Assembly: GCA_963513565.1 (NCBI GenBank)
Contig: CAUPRE010000017.1
Span: 7,445-71,444, forward strand
Length of the DNA: 64,000 bases
Source: an uncultured Flavobacterium sp.
GTDB lineage: Bacteria; Bacteroidota; Bacteroidia; Flavobacteriales; Flavobacteriaceae
Direction of reading: 5' to 3'
Shown here piece after piece: positions 1-9,847 of the stretch. Positions within the stretch are counted from its first letter, which is position 1. Every line of letters starts with the position of its first letter. The translations under genes and the position numbers were made by a program. A model generated the notes under the pieces. The model made no database searches and was not told the DNA's origin. It saw nothing but the letters and a program-made list of their open reading frames with translations.

Positions 1-41
1 CACAAAAAAAACGAATAGTAAACCTAATCTTTTCATAGCAT

Positions 42-269
42 CTATTTATTAGAATTATAAAACCTAAGAAAACGAATAATAGCGTAAACAATTAGCAAGA
101 CACCTAAGGCAATTCTATACTTAAACTCCATTGCCAAAGGAAAATCTTTCCAAAAGACAACTGCTAAGCCTAAAACTAAATAGACGCAAAAAAACAACAT
201 CCCTATAACGAGAAGAAATCGCTCTTTAGGCGATTTCTTCTTCATATTATCAACTAAATTTGTAATCAT
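42..269 (-). CDS. small hypothetical membrane protein (75 aa)
   Basis: ORF track. Two hydrophobic helices (LLVIGMLFFCVYLVLGLAVVF, IALGVLLIVYAII). Its ATG overlaps the TAA of the upstream tonB-like ORF by 1 nt (TAATG). Confidence 0.45.
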   Translation of the reverse strand: MITNLVDNMKKKSPKERFLLVIGMLFFCVYLVLGLAVVFWKDFPLAMEFKYRIALGVLLIVYAIIRFLRFYNSNK

Positions 270-1066
270 TATTCGGCTGATTGAATAGTAATAGGAAGAG
301 AATATAACACCCTCACTTTTTTACCATTTTGTTCACCAGGAACCCATTTTGGGCATTTATTTAAAACTCTAATAGCTTCTTTTCCTGTTCCGTATCCAAT
401 ATCTCTTAATACTTTGATATCTGTTAGAGAACCATCTTTTTCTACAACGAAAGTCACATAAACTTTACCTTTTAAACCTTCTTCTTCAGGTGCTTGGTAA
501 TTATTACCTACAAATTTGTAGAATTTTTCCATACCCCCTGGGAATTCAGGTTTTACTTCAATACCAGCAGTGTTGTAAACCGTATTGTCCTCTTCAACAA
601 CAGCAGCAGTACCTGTACCAACTGGTTCATCAACAGTTAAAATTGCATCTGGATCACCTTTTATAGTTTCAGCACCAATCTTTTTGTCTTTGATTTCTTT
701 TACCTCAACAATTTCCTCAACCACATCCTCTGCTTTAGCCACAACTGGCTTCACAAATTTCACTTGGTCCACTTTTGGTGGTGGTGGTGGTGGCGGAATG
801 TCTGGTTTAACTTCATCTTTCTTCTTAGGAGGTAATTTTACCGCAGTAATTTTTACATCAAGATTTTCATCTTCATCAGAACCGCTAGGCAACAAACTTG
901 CAATAAGTGGAGCACTAACCGCTAAACTGAAGACGATTGCACCCATTATAAGTGCTCTCATAGATGTCTTACGATTCGATTTTCTCAATTCATAAGCACC
1001 ATACAGTTTATTACGTCCTTCAAAAACGATATCAAGCCATTGATTTTTTAATATATCTAATTTCAT
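269..1066 (-). CDS. tonB: energy transducer TonB
   Basis: N-terminal anchor helix (ALIMGAIVFSLAVSAPLIA), Pro-rich spacer (PDIPPPPPPPK) and C-terminal TonB-type domain (PEFPGG...VYVTFVVEKDGSLTDIKVLR). Lies downstream of exbB-exbD-exbD on the same strand. Confidence 0.8.
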   Translation of the reverse strand: MKLDILKNQWLDIVFEGRNKLYGAYELRKSNRKTSMRALIMGAIVFSLAVSAPLIASLLPSGSDEDENLDVKITAVKLPPKKKDEVKPDIPPPPPPPKVDQVKFVKPVVAKAEDVVEEIVEVKEIKDKKIGAETIKGDPDAILTVDEPVGTGTAAVVEEDNTVYNTAGIEVKPEFPGGMEKFYKFVGNNYQAPEEEGLKGKVYVTFVVEKDGSLTDIKVLRDIGYGTGKEAIRVLNKCPKWVPGEQNGKKVRVLYSLPITIQSAE

Positions 1067-1103
1067 TTTTCTTAATTATTAGGTTATTAACAAAATAGTC
1101 AGA

Positions 1104-1661
1104 CTATTTTGCCGCTAACAATTTTGTTTCTTCCGGCGTAAACTCGTTTACAATAGCATAAGTAGGCACTTCTACTATAGCCATCTCATCTAAAATATCT
1201 ACTAAATTTCTATAAGTAGACTTCTTACTTGGTTTTATAATTACAATAATACCATTTTTAGGCTTCCCTTTTGCAGCAGAATACTCTAATACAGATTTTC
1301 TTCTAGAAAGCAATTCTTTACGAATCCCATCTTTCCCGTAAGTAATATCTTTAGGGCCAGCAATTGGAGTATTTAACATTCCCATGTAATATACCAACTT
1401 ACCATTCTCACCGATTAAGATCGTCATCGTACGATTTTCATCTACTTTGATATTCTTTTCTTCCTTATTGGGTTCATCTTTATCTGGCAACCCCAAATTC
1501 ATCGATTGAGGTTTTGATAGTGTTGTAGTCAACATAAAGAAGGTAATCAATAAGAAGGCCAAATCCACCATAGCAGTTAAATCTACCCTAGAATTTTGTT
1601 TTTTACTTCTTACTTTTCCACCACCTTTTTTGCCTCCACCACCGGTATTTAATTCAGCCAT
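1104..1661 (-). CDS. exbD: biopolymer transporter ExbD/TolR family
   Basis: Single N-terminal TM helix with the ExbD-type motif (DLTAMVDLAFLLITFFMLTTT). Operon context with the MotA/ExbB channel and TonB. Confidence 0.8.
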   Translation of the reverse strand: MAELNTGGGGKKGGGKVRSKKQNSRVDLTAMVDLAFLLITFFMLTTTLSKPQSMNLGLPDKDEPNKEEKNIKVDENRTMTILIGENGKLVYYMGMLNTPIAGPKDITYGKDGIRKELLSRRKSVLEYSAAKGKPKNGIIVIIKPSKKSTYRNLVDILDEMAIVEVPTYAIVNEFTPEETKLLAAK

Positions 1662-1680
1662 TATAGTGTGTCTTTATTAA

Positions 1681-2301
1681 TTAAAAATTCTTTCCTCTTA
1701 AACCAGTAACCAAACTAAAGTTGTTGATTTTTTGATCTTGCAAAATATCCATTACTTGTTTAATTGTAGCGTATTCTTCTTTAGCATCTCCTTTGATTGC
1801 TATTTCCAATTCTTTATCATTAATGTCAATATTAGCGCGTCTTGCATTTAAAAGCCACTCTTTCAATTGATTGTCTAACGAATCCTTTGGAATACCTGGT
1901 TGACCTGCTTTTGCTCTATCTGCCGCTTTCATATCTAAAATCTGCTTCAAATTTTGAAGTGGCACACCAAAATTTTCCATTAAGGCAAATTTGTTGGTGT
2001 CGTCATCAGAAAATTCCATTTCGTACTTTTGTCCCATTAATTCAAGAGTTTTTTTACGAACTTCTCTTCCTTTTAAGTCAAAAAACACTTTGCCTTTACC
2101 AATAGTGATAGTCGCTAAATTATCTGTAGGCAATTTGGTTTGCACTGTAGATTGTGGAGTATCAACTGGTATAACTTCAGGAGCTTTAGCGGTAGCAGTC
2201 AAAATAAAGAATGTTAGTAAAAGGAACGCAACATCACACATCGCAGTCATATCAGTAGTTGGTGCTGCTTTTTTCCCTCCTTTAGTATTTAATTCTGCCA
2301 T
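1681..2301 (-). CDS. exbD: biopolymer transporter ExbD/TolR family (second paralog)
   Basis: N-terminal motif DMTAMCDVAFLLLTFFILTAT. Tandem with the first ExbD, as is typical for Bacteroidota. Confidence 0.8.
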   Translation of the reverse strand: MAELNTKGGKKAAPTTDMTAMCDVAFLLLTFFILTATAKAPEVIPVDTPQSTVQTKLPTDNLATITIGKGKVFFDLKGREVRKKTLELMGQKYEMEFSDDDTNKFALMENFGVPLQNLKQILDMKAADRAKAGQPGIPKDSLDNQLKEWLLNARRANIDINDKELEIAIKGDAKEEYATIKQVMDILQDQKINNFSLVTGLRGKNF

Positions 2302-2361
2302 TTTTTTTGAATTTATTTTATCAAATGGAGTTTACATAATATAAACTCCATTTGACACTAA

Positions 2362-3189
2362 TTATTGTTTTAAACTACCTCTAAATTTTCTGTAAGTATT
2401 AACAATTGTAGTACCTGCCTCATCAATAGAGTAAGTTAAATTGTCAATTTTAGAAGTAAAGAAGTTATAAGAGATAATTGCTAATACAGAAGTAGAGATA
2501 CCCGTAGCTGTATTGATAAGTGCCTCAGAGATACCATTTGCAAGAGCAGATGAATCAGGAGAACCAGCAGCAGACAAAGCAGAGAACGCTTTAATCATCC
2601 CTGTTACAGTACCTAACAAACCTGCAAGAGTTCCCAAAGAAACTAATGAAGAAATGATAGTCATATTTTTCTCTAACATTGGCATTTCTAATGAAGTAGC
2701 CTCTTCGATTTCTTTGTGGATAGTTTCAGAAGCTTCTTCACTATTGAATCCTTCTTTTTTAACATCTTGATATTTTACTAAAGCTGATTTAATTGCATTA
2801 GCAACAGAACCTTGTTGTTTGTCACAAGCAGCAATAGCTTCATCAATTTTACCTTCTTTAATATCTCCTTGTACTTTTTTCATAAAAGTATCTAAATTTC
2901 CTTTTCCAGCAGCTTTAGTGATTACCATGTATCTTTCGAAAGAAAACACAATCACCATTAATAATAATCCCATCAAAACTGGAACGATAGGACCTCCTTT
3001 ATAAACCATTGCTAAGTAATTTCCTGGTAGTGGGTGACCTGTGTTTACTCCCCCTTCAAAGTTAGCACCGTCTCCCATAATAAAAGTCCATACTAACCAT
3101 CCTACAAAAATACATGATAAGATAATAATTCCTGAAACCATTCCTCCTCCATTTGAAGTGCTTTCTTTTTTTGCTTTAACGTTTGCCAT
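2362..3189 (-). CDS. exbB: MotA/TolQ/ExbB proton channel family protein
   Basis: Three TM segments with the conserved C-terminal channel region (LGTLAGLLGTVTGMIKAF...ALINTATGI). First gene of the exbB-exbD-exbD-tonB block. Confidence 0.85.
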   Translation of the reverse strand: MANVKAKKESTSNGGGMVSGIIILSCIFVGWLVWTFIMGDGANFEGGVNTGHPLPGNYLAMVYKGGPIVPVLMGLLLMVIVFSFERYMVITKAAGKGNLDTFMKKVQGDIKEGKIDEAIAACDKQQGSVANAIKSALVKYQDVKKEGFNSEEASETIHKEIEEATSLEMPMLEKNMTIISSLVSLGTLAGLLGTVTGMIKAFSALSAAGSPDSSALANGISEALINTATGISTSVLAIISYNFFTSKIDNLTYSIDEAGTTIVNTYRKFRGSLKQ

Positions 3190-3250
3190 TTTTTTTAATT
3201 TTAAAAATTTTAAATAATTTATTTTTTGTTATAATAAACTTGTAGAAAGG

Positions 3251-3258
3251 CAAATTTA
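3251..3258 (-). promoter_or_regulatory. candidate Bacteroidota sigma-A -7 box (TAAATTTG = TAnnTTTG) upstream of exbB
   Basis: The reverse complement of caaattta matches TAnnTTTG about 62 nt upstream of the exbB ATG. No clear -33 TTG seen. Confidence 0.3.
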
Positions 3259-3535
3259 TATGTTTAGTTTAAATAAAAAAATTTTTTTACCGCTAAAATT
3301 CGAAGTTATGATTTGAAAAACAAATCAACAAAACAAGTTTTTAGAATTATTCTTAGTAAAAACATTTATTTAACAGTTTATTCTCTAAAACAACTAAAAA
3401 AATAAAACCAAACTTAAGAATATATCAACTTTAAAAAAGCGTTAAAAAAAACACGATTCCTACAAATTTATGATTAAATCAATAAATATGCCTAAAAAAC
3501 TAAATTGATAGTTCTAAAAAAAAATAATAACTTGC

Positions 3536-5074
3536 ATGGAACAAAACATACCAAAAATGAGTCAAGAATCTGATTTCAAATCTTCTATTTCGGAGGGTTA
3601 TACTACTAAAGGAGAAAGCATTATATTAGGAGGAGCAATTTTAGACGGAGAAGCACTAGCTGATACTTTTGTAAAAATTCCCTTAAAAACATTGAATCGC
3701 CATGGCTTAATTGCCGGAGCCACCGGAACTGGCAAAACAAAGACCATTCAGGTGCTATCTGAGCAATTATCGGCATATGGCATACCCGTTTTGATGATGG
3801 ATATTAAAGGTGACTTTAGTGGCATAGCAATGCCTGGAGAAGAAAAGTCTTTCATAACAGAACGTCATCAAAAAATAAACATTCCATTTAGCGCCTCAAG
3901 CTACCCTGTAGAACTACTTTCTCTGTCTGACCAAAGTGGTGTTCGGCTAAGGGCTACAATATCAGAATTTGGCCCCGTTCTTTTCTCTAGAATACTTGAT
4001 TTGAATGACACTCAAGCAGGTGTAGTTTCAGTGATTTTTAAATACTGTGATGACAATCAAATGCCGCTTTTGGATTTGAAAGACATCAAAAAAGTCATCA
4101 ATTACATTACAGAAGAAGGAAAAGAAGAAATTGCCAATGCTTACGGGAAAATTTCAACAGCTACAACTGGAACTATCCTCAGAAAAATTATCGAATTAGA
4201 ACAACAAGGAGCTGATTTGTTTTTTGGAGAAAAATCATTCGAGATTGATGATTTAATGCGAATTGACGAGACTGGAAAAGGCTACATCAACATCATTCGC
4301 CTCAATGACATTCAGGATAAACCTAAATTATTCTCCACTTTTATGCTCAGTCTTTTGGCGGAAATTTACCAACAGATGCCCGAAAAAGGAGATTCGGAAC
4401 AACCCGAATTGGTTTTGTTCATCGACGAGGCACACTTAATTTTTAATGAAGCCAGTAAAGCGCTTTTAGACCAAATAGAAACTATTGTAAAACTAATTCG
4501 TTCAAAAGGAATAGGGATTTACTTTATCACCCAAAACCCAATGGATATTCCAAGTGGAGTTTTGGCACAATTAGGTTTGAAAATTCAACATGCTTTGAGA
4601 GCCTTTACCGCCAACGACCGAAAATCAATCAAACAAACTGCTGATAATTATCCATCAAGTGATTTCTACAACACAGAAGAAATTTTAACCAGTTTAGGAA
4701 TCGGAGAAGCCTTAGTTACCGCGTTGAACGAAAAAGGCATCCCTACTCCTCTTGCGGCCACTATGATGCGAGCTCCAACAAGTCGTATGGATGTGTTGAC
4801 CGAAAGCGAAATACAAACCATTAACACTAAATCCAAATTAGTAAAAAAATACAGCGAACTTATTGACAGAGAAAGCGCTTATGAATTATTGACTCAAAAA
4901 ATAAATGCCGCTCAAGAACAAGCCACACAAGCAGCAACTGAAGCTAAAGAAGAAAAAACATCTTCTGGACCAAGCACAACAGAAGTTGTCACTAAATCCG
5001 TTTTAAAAGTCGTAACAAGCGCCACATTTATTCGCGGCGCTTTTGGAATATTGTCAAAACTATTCAAGAAATAA
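3536..5074 (+). CDS. HerA-like helicase/NTPase, DUF853 (YjgR-like) family
   Basis: Walker A GATGTGKTKT and Walker B LVLFIDEAH. The size (512 aa) and C-terminal charged tail are typical of DUF853 proteins. Confidence 0.75.
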   Translation: MEQNIPKMSQESDFKSSISEGYTTKGESIILGGAILDGEALADTFVKIPLKTLNRHGLIAGATGTGKTKTIQVLSEQLSAYGIPVLMMDIKGDFSGIAMPGEEKSFITERHQKINIPFSASSYPVELLSLSDQSGVRLRATISEFGPVLFSRILDLNDTQAGVVSVIFKYCDDNQMPLLDLKDIKKVINYITEEGKEEIANAYGKISTATTGTILRKIIELEQQGADLFFGEKSFEIDDLMRIDETGKGYINIIRLNDIQDKPKLFSTFMLSLLAEIYQQMPEKGDSEQPELVLFIDEAHLIFNEASKALLDQIETIVKLIRSKGIGIYFITQNPMDIPSGVLAQLGLKIQHALRAFTANDRKSIKQTADNYPSSDFYNTEEILTSLGIGEALVTALNEKGIPTPLAATMMRAPTSRMDVLTESEIQTINTKSKLVKKYSELIDRESAYELLTQKINAAQEQATQAATEAKEEKTSSGPSTTEVVTKSVLKVVTSATFIRGAFGILSKLFKK

Positions 5075-5091
5075 AAACTTTATAATTAGTA

Positions 5092-5205
5092 GGGCGTGAC
5101 CCCATTTACAAAAAGGGGCAACTAGCAATAGTGTTATTCGCCCCTTTCAGTAAATGCGGTCGGGCTATCCATGCTACTTCGGTAGCTTATTGCTATCCCT
5201 CACGC
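5092..5205. repeat. family C repeat (~115 bp, GGGCGTGAC...GTCGGGCTATCC...CTATCCCTCACGC), copy 1
   Basis: Near-identical architecture to 62021..62135, and partly to 40433..40522. The termini GCGTGA/TCACGC are inverted. Contains internal hairpins (CCCC..GGGG, GCCCC). Confidence 0.8.
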
Positions 5206-5227
5206 AAAAAAAATAAAACATATAAAA

Positions 5228-5587
5228 ATGAAAAAATACACCTTACAAAAATCCCCTTTTATTGTTCCCACGACAGACGGAAAACTAATAGAAGAACATC
5301 ACGGCATCCCAACTACTCAAAATAAGGACGTTTCTATTGCACACATGATTGCGCCACCACAATGGAGCGAACCTTTTCAAACCCCAGAGTTCGACGAATA
5401 CACTTACATAATCAAAGGGAAAAAACAATTTATAATCGAAGGAGAGACCGTAATTATTGAAGCAGGACAATCGATACATATTCAAAAAAACACACGTGTT
5501 CAATATTCGAACCCATTTGAGGAGCCTTGTGAGTATATTGCTATTTGCACTCCCGCTTTTGATTTTAATAAAGTCCACCGCGAATAA
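5228..5587 (+). CDS. cupin domain-containing protein (119 aa)
   Basis: ATG start. The small beta-barrel pattern (EYTYIIKGKKQFIIEGETVIIEAGQSIHI) resembles a cupin fold. Function unknown. Confidence 0.55.
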   Translation: MKKYTLQKSPFIVPTTDGKLIEEHHGIPTTQNKDVSIAHMIAPPQWSEPFQTPEFDEYTYIIKGKKQFIIEGETVIIEAGQSIHIQKNTRVQYSNPFEEPCEYIAICTPAFDFNKVHRE

Positions 5588-5610
5588 CACCAATTTTTAT
5601 TGAACCATAT

Positions 5611-5657
5611 AAGACATTGAAGGGCATATAATTTTGGAGTGTAAAATTTTTAAATCA
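5611..5657. repeat. solo partial copy of the ~119-bp tandem-repeat unit found at 14043..14400
   Basis: tgaaccatataagacattgaagggcatataattttggagtgtaaaattttta resembles tggaaccatataaggcattaaaggacatataagtttggagtggaaaatatttta. Confidence 0.6.
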
Positions 5658-5760
5658 TTGGAGACCTAAAAGGAGCTTTAAGAAAAAAAACAAAATTGAA
5701 ATAAAATAGTGTCTACCATTTAAGTTGGACTAACATTTATTTTCAAATCGAATAAAACAA

Positions 5761-5798
5761 AAATCCCAAATCTAGCATCAATTTTAGATTTGGGATTT
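5761..5798. terminator. bidirectional intrinsic terminator hairpin (aaatcccaaatcta / tagatttgggattt)
   Basis: A 14-bp perfect inverted repeat flanked by an A-run and a T-run. It abuts the kmo stop codon. Confidence 0.7.
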
Positions 5799-5800
5799 TT

Positions 5801-7147
5801 TTATTTTACATTCAATAACTGAATAATTTTTTCTTCTACTTCTGGGCTATCCCATTTTTGGGCAATATCAGGAAACTGCATAATTTCCTCCATAATTTTA
5901 TTTTGAAAATCACCAATAGCCAAAGCTTCAGCATAAGGTTGTAAACTAAATGTTACACGGCTGTACAAGGGCATCCATTTTTCAGGATGCTTATCCGAAA
6001 ACCATTTCTCAATTTTCTTTTGCAGTAAAAATTTCGGGTCGGCAGTTTTGGAGCTCATTTCTTCAAAATTTCGTCTTGAAAGTTCGGCAATTGCATCTGC
6101 ATTTGGTTTTCTTGACTTTTGATATTCTGAAAAAATAGTTTTCCAATCGTCGCCATATTTCAAAATCATTTCATTTAGCGTGGTAATATCTTCAAAACCT
6201 GCATTCATTCCATGACCGTAAAAAGGAACTATCGCATGAGCCGAATCTCCAATTAATGCTACTTTATCACTATGCGTCCAAGGAAAACATTTGGTCATCA
6301 CCAAATAGCTTGTTGGGTTTCTAAAAAAATCTTCGACTAAATCTGGAATTACATCTTTGGTATCTGGGAAGTATTCTGCAAAAAAATCAACTAAAGTCGT
6401 TTCGTCTTTTAAATTTTCAAACGAATTTTCCCCTTCAAAAGGCATGAACAACGTACAAGTAAAACTTCCATCCAAATTAGCCAAACCCATCAACATAAAA
6501 TTGCCACGAGGCCAAATGTGTAGTGAGTTTTTATCGATTTTATGAGTTCCGTCTTCATTCGCTGGAATATGTAATTCCTTATAGCCAATCTTCATGAACT
6601 CTTGAGAATAATCAAATTGAGATTGACGCTGCATACGATGACGTACTCTTGAAAAAGCACCATCGGCTCCAAAAACTATATCATACTTTAATTCCTTCCA
6701 CTCTCCTTGCTCGGTTTCTCCTTCATAAAGAGAGGCATTCGCCAAAGAAACATCCCAAATTTTTCTATTAAAAAAGAATTCAGCTCCTGCTTCTTCCGCT
6801 AAATCAATCATTCTTCTGTTGAGAACTCCTCTGGAAAGCGAAAAGATGGACTCCCCTTCTTTTCCGTAAAATTGTGTGGTAAAAGTTCCATCTTTAAGAT
6901 GAATTCCTCTTTTGTCAACTTGAATACCAATTTTTTTTATTTCTTCTTCAAGACCAATATCTTGCAGTGTTTTCCAGCCGCGATTAGACATCACTAAATT
7001 AATAGAACGTCCAGAAAACTCAACAGTTCTGATGTCTGGACTTCTGTCGTAGACATGCACTGTGTGCCCTAATTTTTTCAGGTAAATTGCCAATAAAGTT
7101 CCAACTAAACCAGAACCTACAACGGCTATTTTTTGAGGTGTTTGCAT
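5801..7147 (-). CDS. kmo: kynurenine 3-monooxygenase (FAD-dependent)
   Basis: N-terminal Rossmann motif IAVVGSGLVGTLLAIYL, GADGAFSRVR and GDSAHAIVPFYGHGMN motifs, and the characteristic C-terminal extension. kynU lies nearby. Confidence 0.85.
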   Translation of the reverse strand: MQTPQKIAVVGSGLVGTLLAIYLKKLGHTVHVYDRSPDIRTVEFSGRSINLVMSNRGWKTLQDIGLEEEIKKIGIQVDKRGIHLKDGTFTTQFYGKEGESIFSLSRGVLNRRMIDLAEEAGAEFFFNRKIWDVSLANASLYEGETEQGEWKELKYDIVFGADGAFSRVRHRMQRQSQFDYSQEFMKIGYKELHIPANEDGTHKIDKNSLHIWPRGNFMLMGLANLDGSFTCTLFMPFEGENSFENLKDETTLVDFFAEYFPDTKDVIPDLVEDFFRNPTSYLVMTKCFPWTHSDKVALIGDSAHAIVPFYGHGMNAGFEDITTLNEMILKYGDDWKTIFSEYQKSRKPNADAIAELSRRNFEEMSSKTADPKFLLQKKIEKWFSDKHPEKWMPLYSRVTFSLQPYAEALAIGDFQNKIMEEIMQFPDIAQKWDSPEVEEKIIQLLNVK

Positions 7148-7210
7148 TCAAAGGGTATAAAAAAGTTAAGCAAAATTAGGGATTAATATGGGTAACCCCT
7201 TTATAAAAAT

Positions 7211-9601
7211 CTATTTTTTAATGGGATTAAAGATTAATTTTGTTGAAGTTGTAACGATTTCTGCTTTATTCATTTTCATTTTTCTGAATTTGCCTTCGTT
7301 ATACAATTGCGTTTGATCGGCATAATGAGCACTCATTGGATTCCCTGATTGACCTGTAGGGATAATACTCCAACTATTTTCCACATCCGAAAAATCGATA
7401 ATTCTTCTGGTAGAAGGCCCTCCAGTCACTTTATAATTCCCTGAAGCATTCAGACCAAACATCAAATTGTTAATCACTTCATTAGTACCAGCGATTTCAA
7501 AAGGCCCTACATTGAAAATTGGCTTCAATGCACTGACCTTACCTAATGGATGTTGGTGTTCTACAGTATGCACTTTGTTCCAAGTCCAAGATGCAACGGT
7601 AGAACCTACTTGCTTCTCGAGAGCAACTACAGCTTCTTTATACGATTTTTGCAAAATAAAGGCTTGCGTTTCTTTGGTTCCTTTTGTTGTGCTATCATCC
7701 CACCAAATCGAATTAGGATTCACAATAAGCTTTGTAGCCACTTGTTTCCCGATATGTGTTCCTAAAAACTGCTCGAATTTGTCTTTACCTAATTCATCTT
7801 CAAAGGTATTTTTTAAATACAAATAGAGCCATTTGTTGTAAATTGTTGGAGCCACTTGATTGAGATTACTATCACCTTTCCAATCCTTTAAGATAGTAAA
7901 AGCTTGTTTTTGATTTTCTGAAAGTGATTCGGTAGCAATAGAAGCCATCATCATTTTAAGCGTCTCAGTTACTGTTGAAGAAGTATTATCAACTATCATT
8001 TGGCTTACGGCTTGTTTGTTCCATTTTTGTTTGGCCTCTAAGAGCGTTGTAATTCGTTTGGCTCTATCTTCTGGAAGATAATACCCTGGATACAGGAAAC
8101 CTTCAACAGCTTCGGGCTGGTTATTGGCCGAAAAGACATAATTCCATGATGGATTTACGGCAGAGGGGTTTTTAGAAAAATCTAAATATTCTGCAATATC
8201 TTCTTTCCCTGATGCACCATTCAAAATAAAATTAGGATTTACACCAGGTTGGTGTTTGTACAGTTTACCTGTTGCCCACCAAGCTACATTTCCTTTGGCA
8301 TCACCATACATAACGTTCAACCCAGGAGCGGATATTAATGCCACGCCTTTCTGAAAATCAGTTATGTTTTGGGCGTGAGACAATCGATACACTGCATCTA
8401 ATATCTGAATCGGTTGTTGTGTGTAAATCCAAGAAAGAGCTACGGGTTGCTTAGTATTCAAACCTTTGATTAAATCATTTACAATAGGCCCATGACGGCT
8501 AATTTTCACTTTCAAGTTAACAGCAGAAGAATCTTTAACTTGGATAGTTTTGTTACGGATTTGGTAATTCACATATCCCTTTGGGCTCAAATAACTATTG
8601 GCATCATCTGCTTTGTTTTCTTCTTTATACAAATCCAAATCATCATTTTCGAACATCGTCAAACCATAAGCATACTTCCTATTGTGTCCTAAAAGCGGAT
8701 ATGGCGTTCCTGCTAAATAATACCCATACAATTCAAAATCAGGTGTGACGATGTGGGCTTCATACCAAGTAGCTGGTTGAGAAAATCCAATATGAGGGTC
8801 GTTGGCAAAAATAACTTTACCGTTCTCTGTTTTTGGCGGTGCAATAACCCAACTATTACTTCCAATAAAAGGTGGAATTGGAGATTGGTCAAGCAATGAC
8901 GTTACTGATTTTGCTATAGCTGAATACTCCTTTATTTTTTCATTCGCATTTTTGATTCTTGTAGTTCCCAAAGAGCCGTCCAAGCCAAAATCTTTTAAAT
9001 ACTCCGGTCCAAGTTGATCACGAATATCTGTCAATAATGGGTCTGTTTTTTGTGCCATTGCAAAGCTGAATGACATGTAACCAAAAATATTATAGACGTC
9101 TTTGAGTGTGAATTTTTCTTTTTTAACCCCAACTAAATGAAACTCAATAGGTGTTTTACCTTCTTCCAAATATTGATTAATCCCGTCCAAATAAGCCATA
9201 GCTAATTGATAATCTTTCCCGTTTTTATCTAATTTGGCAATTGCAATCTCAGAAGCTTCTTCGATACCTAAACCCGCAAAAAACATGTCATTTTTCAAAG
9301 CAACTGAACCAAAAATCTCAGATAATCTTCCAGGAGCAATGCGTCGCATCAATTCCATCTGCCATAAACGATCTTGTGCATGCACATAACCCAAAGCTAC
9401 CATTGCATCTTTTTGACTATCTGCATAAATATGCGGTACACCAAAATCATCAAAATAAACAGTAGTGGTTTTATCTATATGTTGTAAGGCCAATTCGCCA
9501 TCATATTTAGGTTTGGTGTAAAAAGCATAGCCTAGTAAAGCCAATGCTAGCACAATTAAAAACAAAAAAAGAAAAAGGGCAATTTTTTTAACTACTCTCA
9601 T
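7211..9601 (-). CDS. penicillin acylase family protein (Ntn hydrolase; possible acyl-homoserine-lactone/beta-lactam acylase)
   Basis: 796 aa with a signal/anchor sequence. Contains the internal autoproteolytic nucleophile motif GSNSWVIAP and the N-terminal DRLWQME motif typical of the family. Confidence 0.8.
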   Translation of the reverse strand: MRVVKKIALFLFLFLIVLALALLGYAFYTKPKYDGELALQHIDKTTTVYFDDFGVPHIYADSQKDAMVALGYVHAQDRLWQMELMRRIAPGRLSEIFGSVALKNDMFFAGLGIEEASEIAIAKLDKNGKDYQLAMAYLDGINQYLEEGKTPIEFHLVGVKKEKFTLKDVYNIFGYMSFSFAMAQKTDPLLTDIRDQLGPEYLKDFGLDGSLGTTRIKNANEKIKEYSAIAKSVTSLLDQSPIPPFIGSNSWVIAPPKTENGKVIFANDPHIGFSQPATWYEAHIVTPDFELYGYYLAGTPYPLLGHNRKYAYGLTMFENDDLDLYKEENKADDANSYLSPKGYVNYQIRNKTIQVKDSSAVNLKVKISRHGPIVNDLIKGLNTKQPVALSWIYTQQPIQILDAVYRLSHAQNITDFQKGVALISAPGLNVMYGDAKGNVAWWATGKLYKHQPGVNPNFILNGASGKEDIAEYLDFSKNPSAVNPSWNYVFSANNQPEAVEGFLYPGYYLPEDRAKRITTLLEAKQKWNKQAVSQMIVDNTSSTVTETLKMMMASIATESLSENQKQAFTILKDWKGDSNLNQVAPTIYNKWLYLYLKNTFEDELGKDKFEQFLGTHIGKQVATKLIVNPNSIWWDDSTTKGTKETQAFILQKSYKEAVVALEKQVGSTVASWTWNKVHTVEHQHPLGKVSALKPIFNVGPFEIAGTNEVINNLMFGLNASGNYKVTGGPSTRRIIDFSDVENSWSIIPTGQSGNPMSAHYADQTQLYNEGKFRKMKMNKAEIVTTSTKLIFNPIKK

Positions 9602-9847
9602 GGTGTAACTATTATTTTAGACTATGATTTAATTGAGTTATTATCATTGATTACAAACATCAAAAAAGACATTCGCAATTCATTTTTAATAAATTAGAAA
9701 AACAAATATAAAGGAATCCTGATGACATTTATCAAAGAAACTGTATGACAAAGGCATTTTTTGTCCAAAAAATCATAAATATATGTAAATTTTGTTTAAT
9801 AAATATTCGAAACAACTGAACAAGATTTATCTTTGAGTAAAAAAAAG

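Noticed and set aside
775-800. G-rich tract ggtggtggtggtggtggcgg as a possible G-quadruplex or regulatory element
   Set aside because: It is simply the antisense of the PPPPPPP-coding run in the TonB proline-rich spacer.
585-995. 136-aa plus-strand ORF (Ser/Thr/Gly-rich, with a GGGGGGG run)
   Set aside because: It lies entirely antisense to the well-supported tonB-like CDS. Its low-complexity composition mirrors the Pro/Glu/Lys-rich TonB spacer. It is a shadow ORF.
5131-5325. 64-aa ORF upstream of the cupin gene
   Set aside because: It is generated by the family C repeat (5092..5205), and equivalent pseudo-ORFs arise at other copies. No coding signal.
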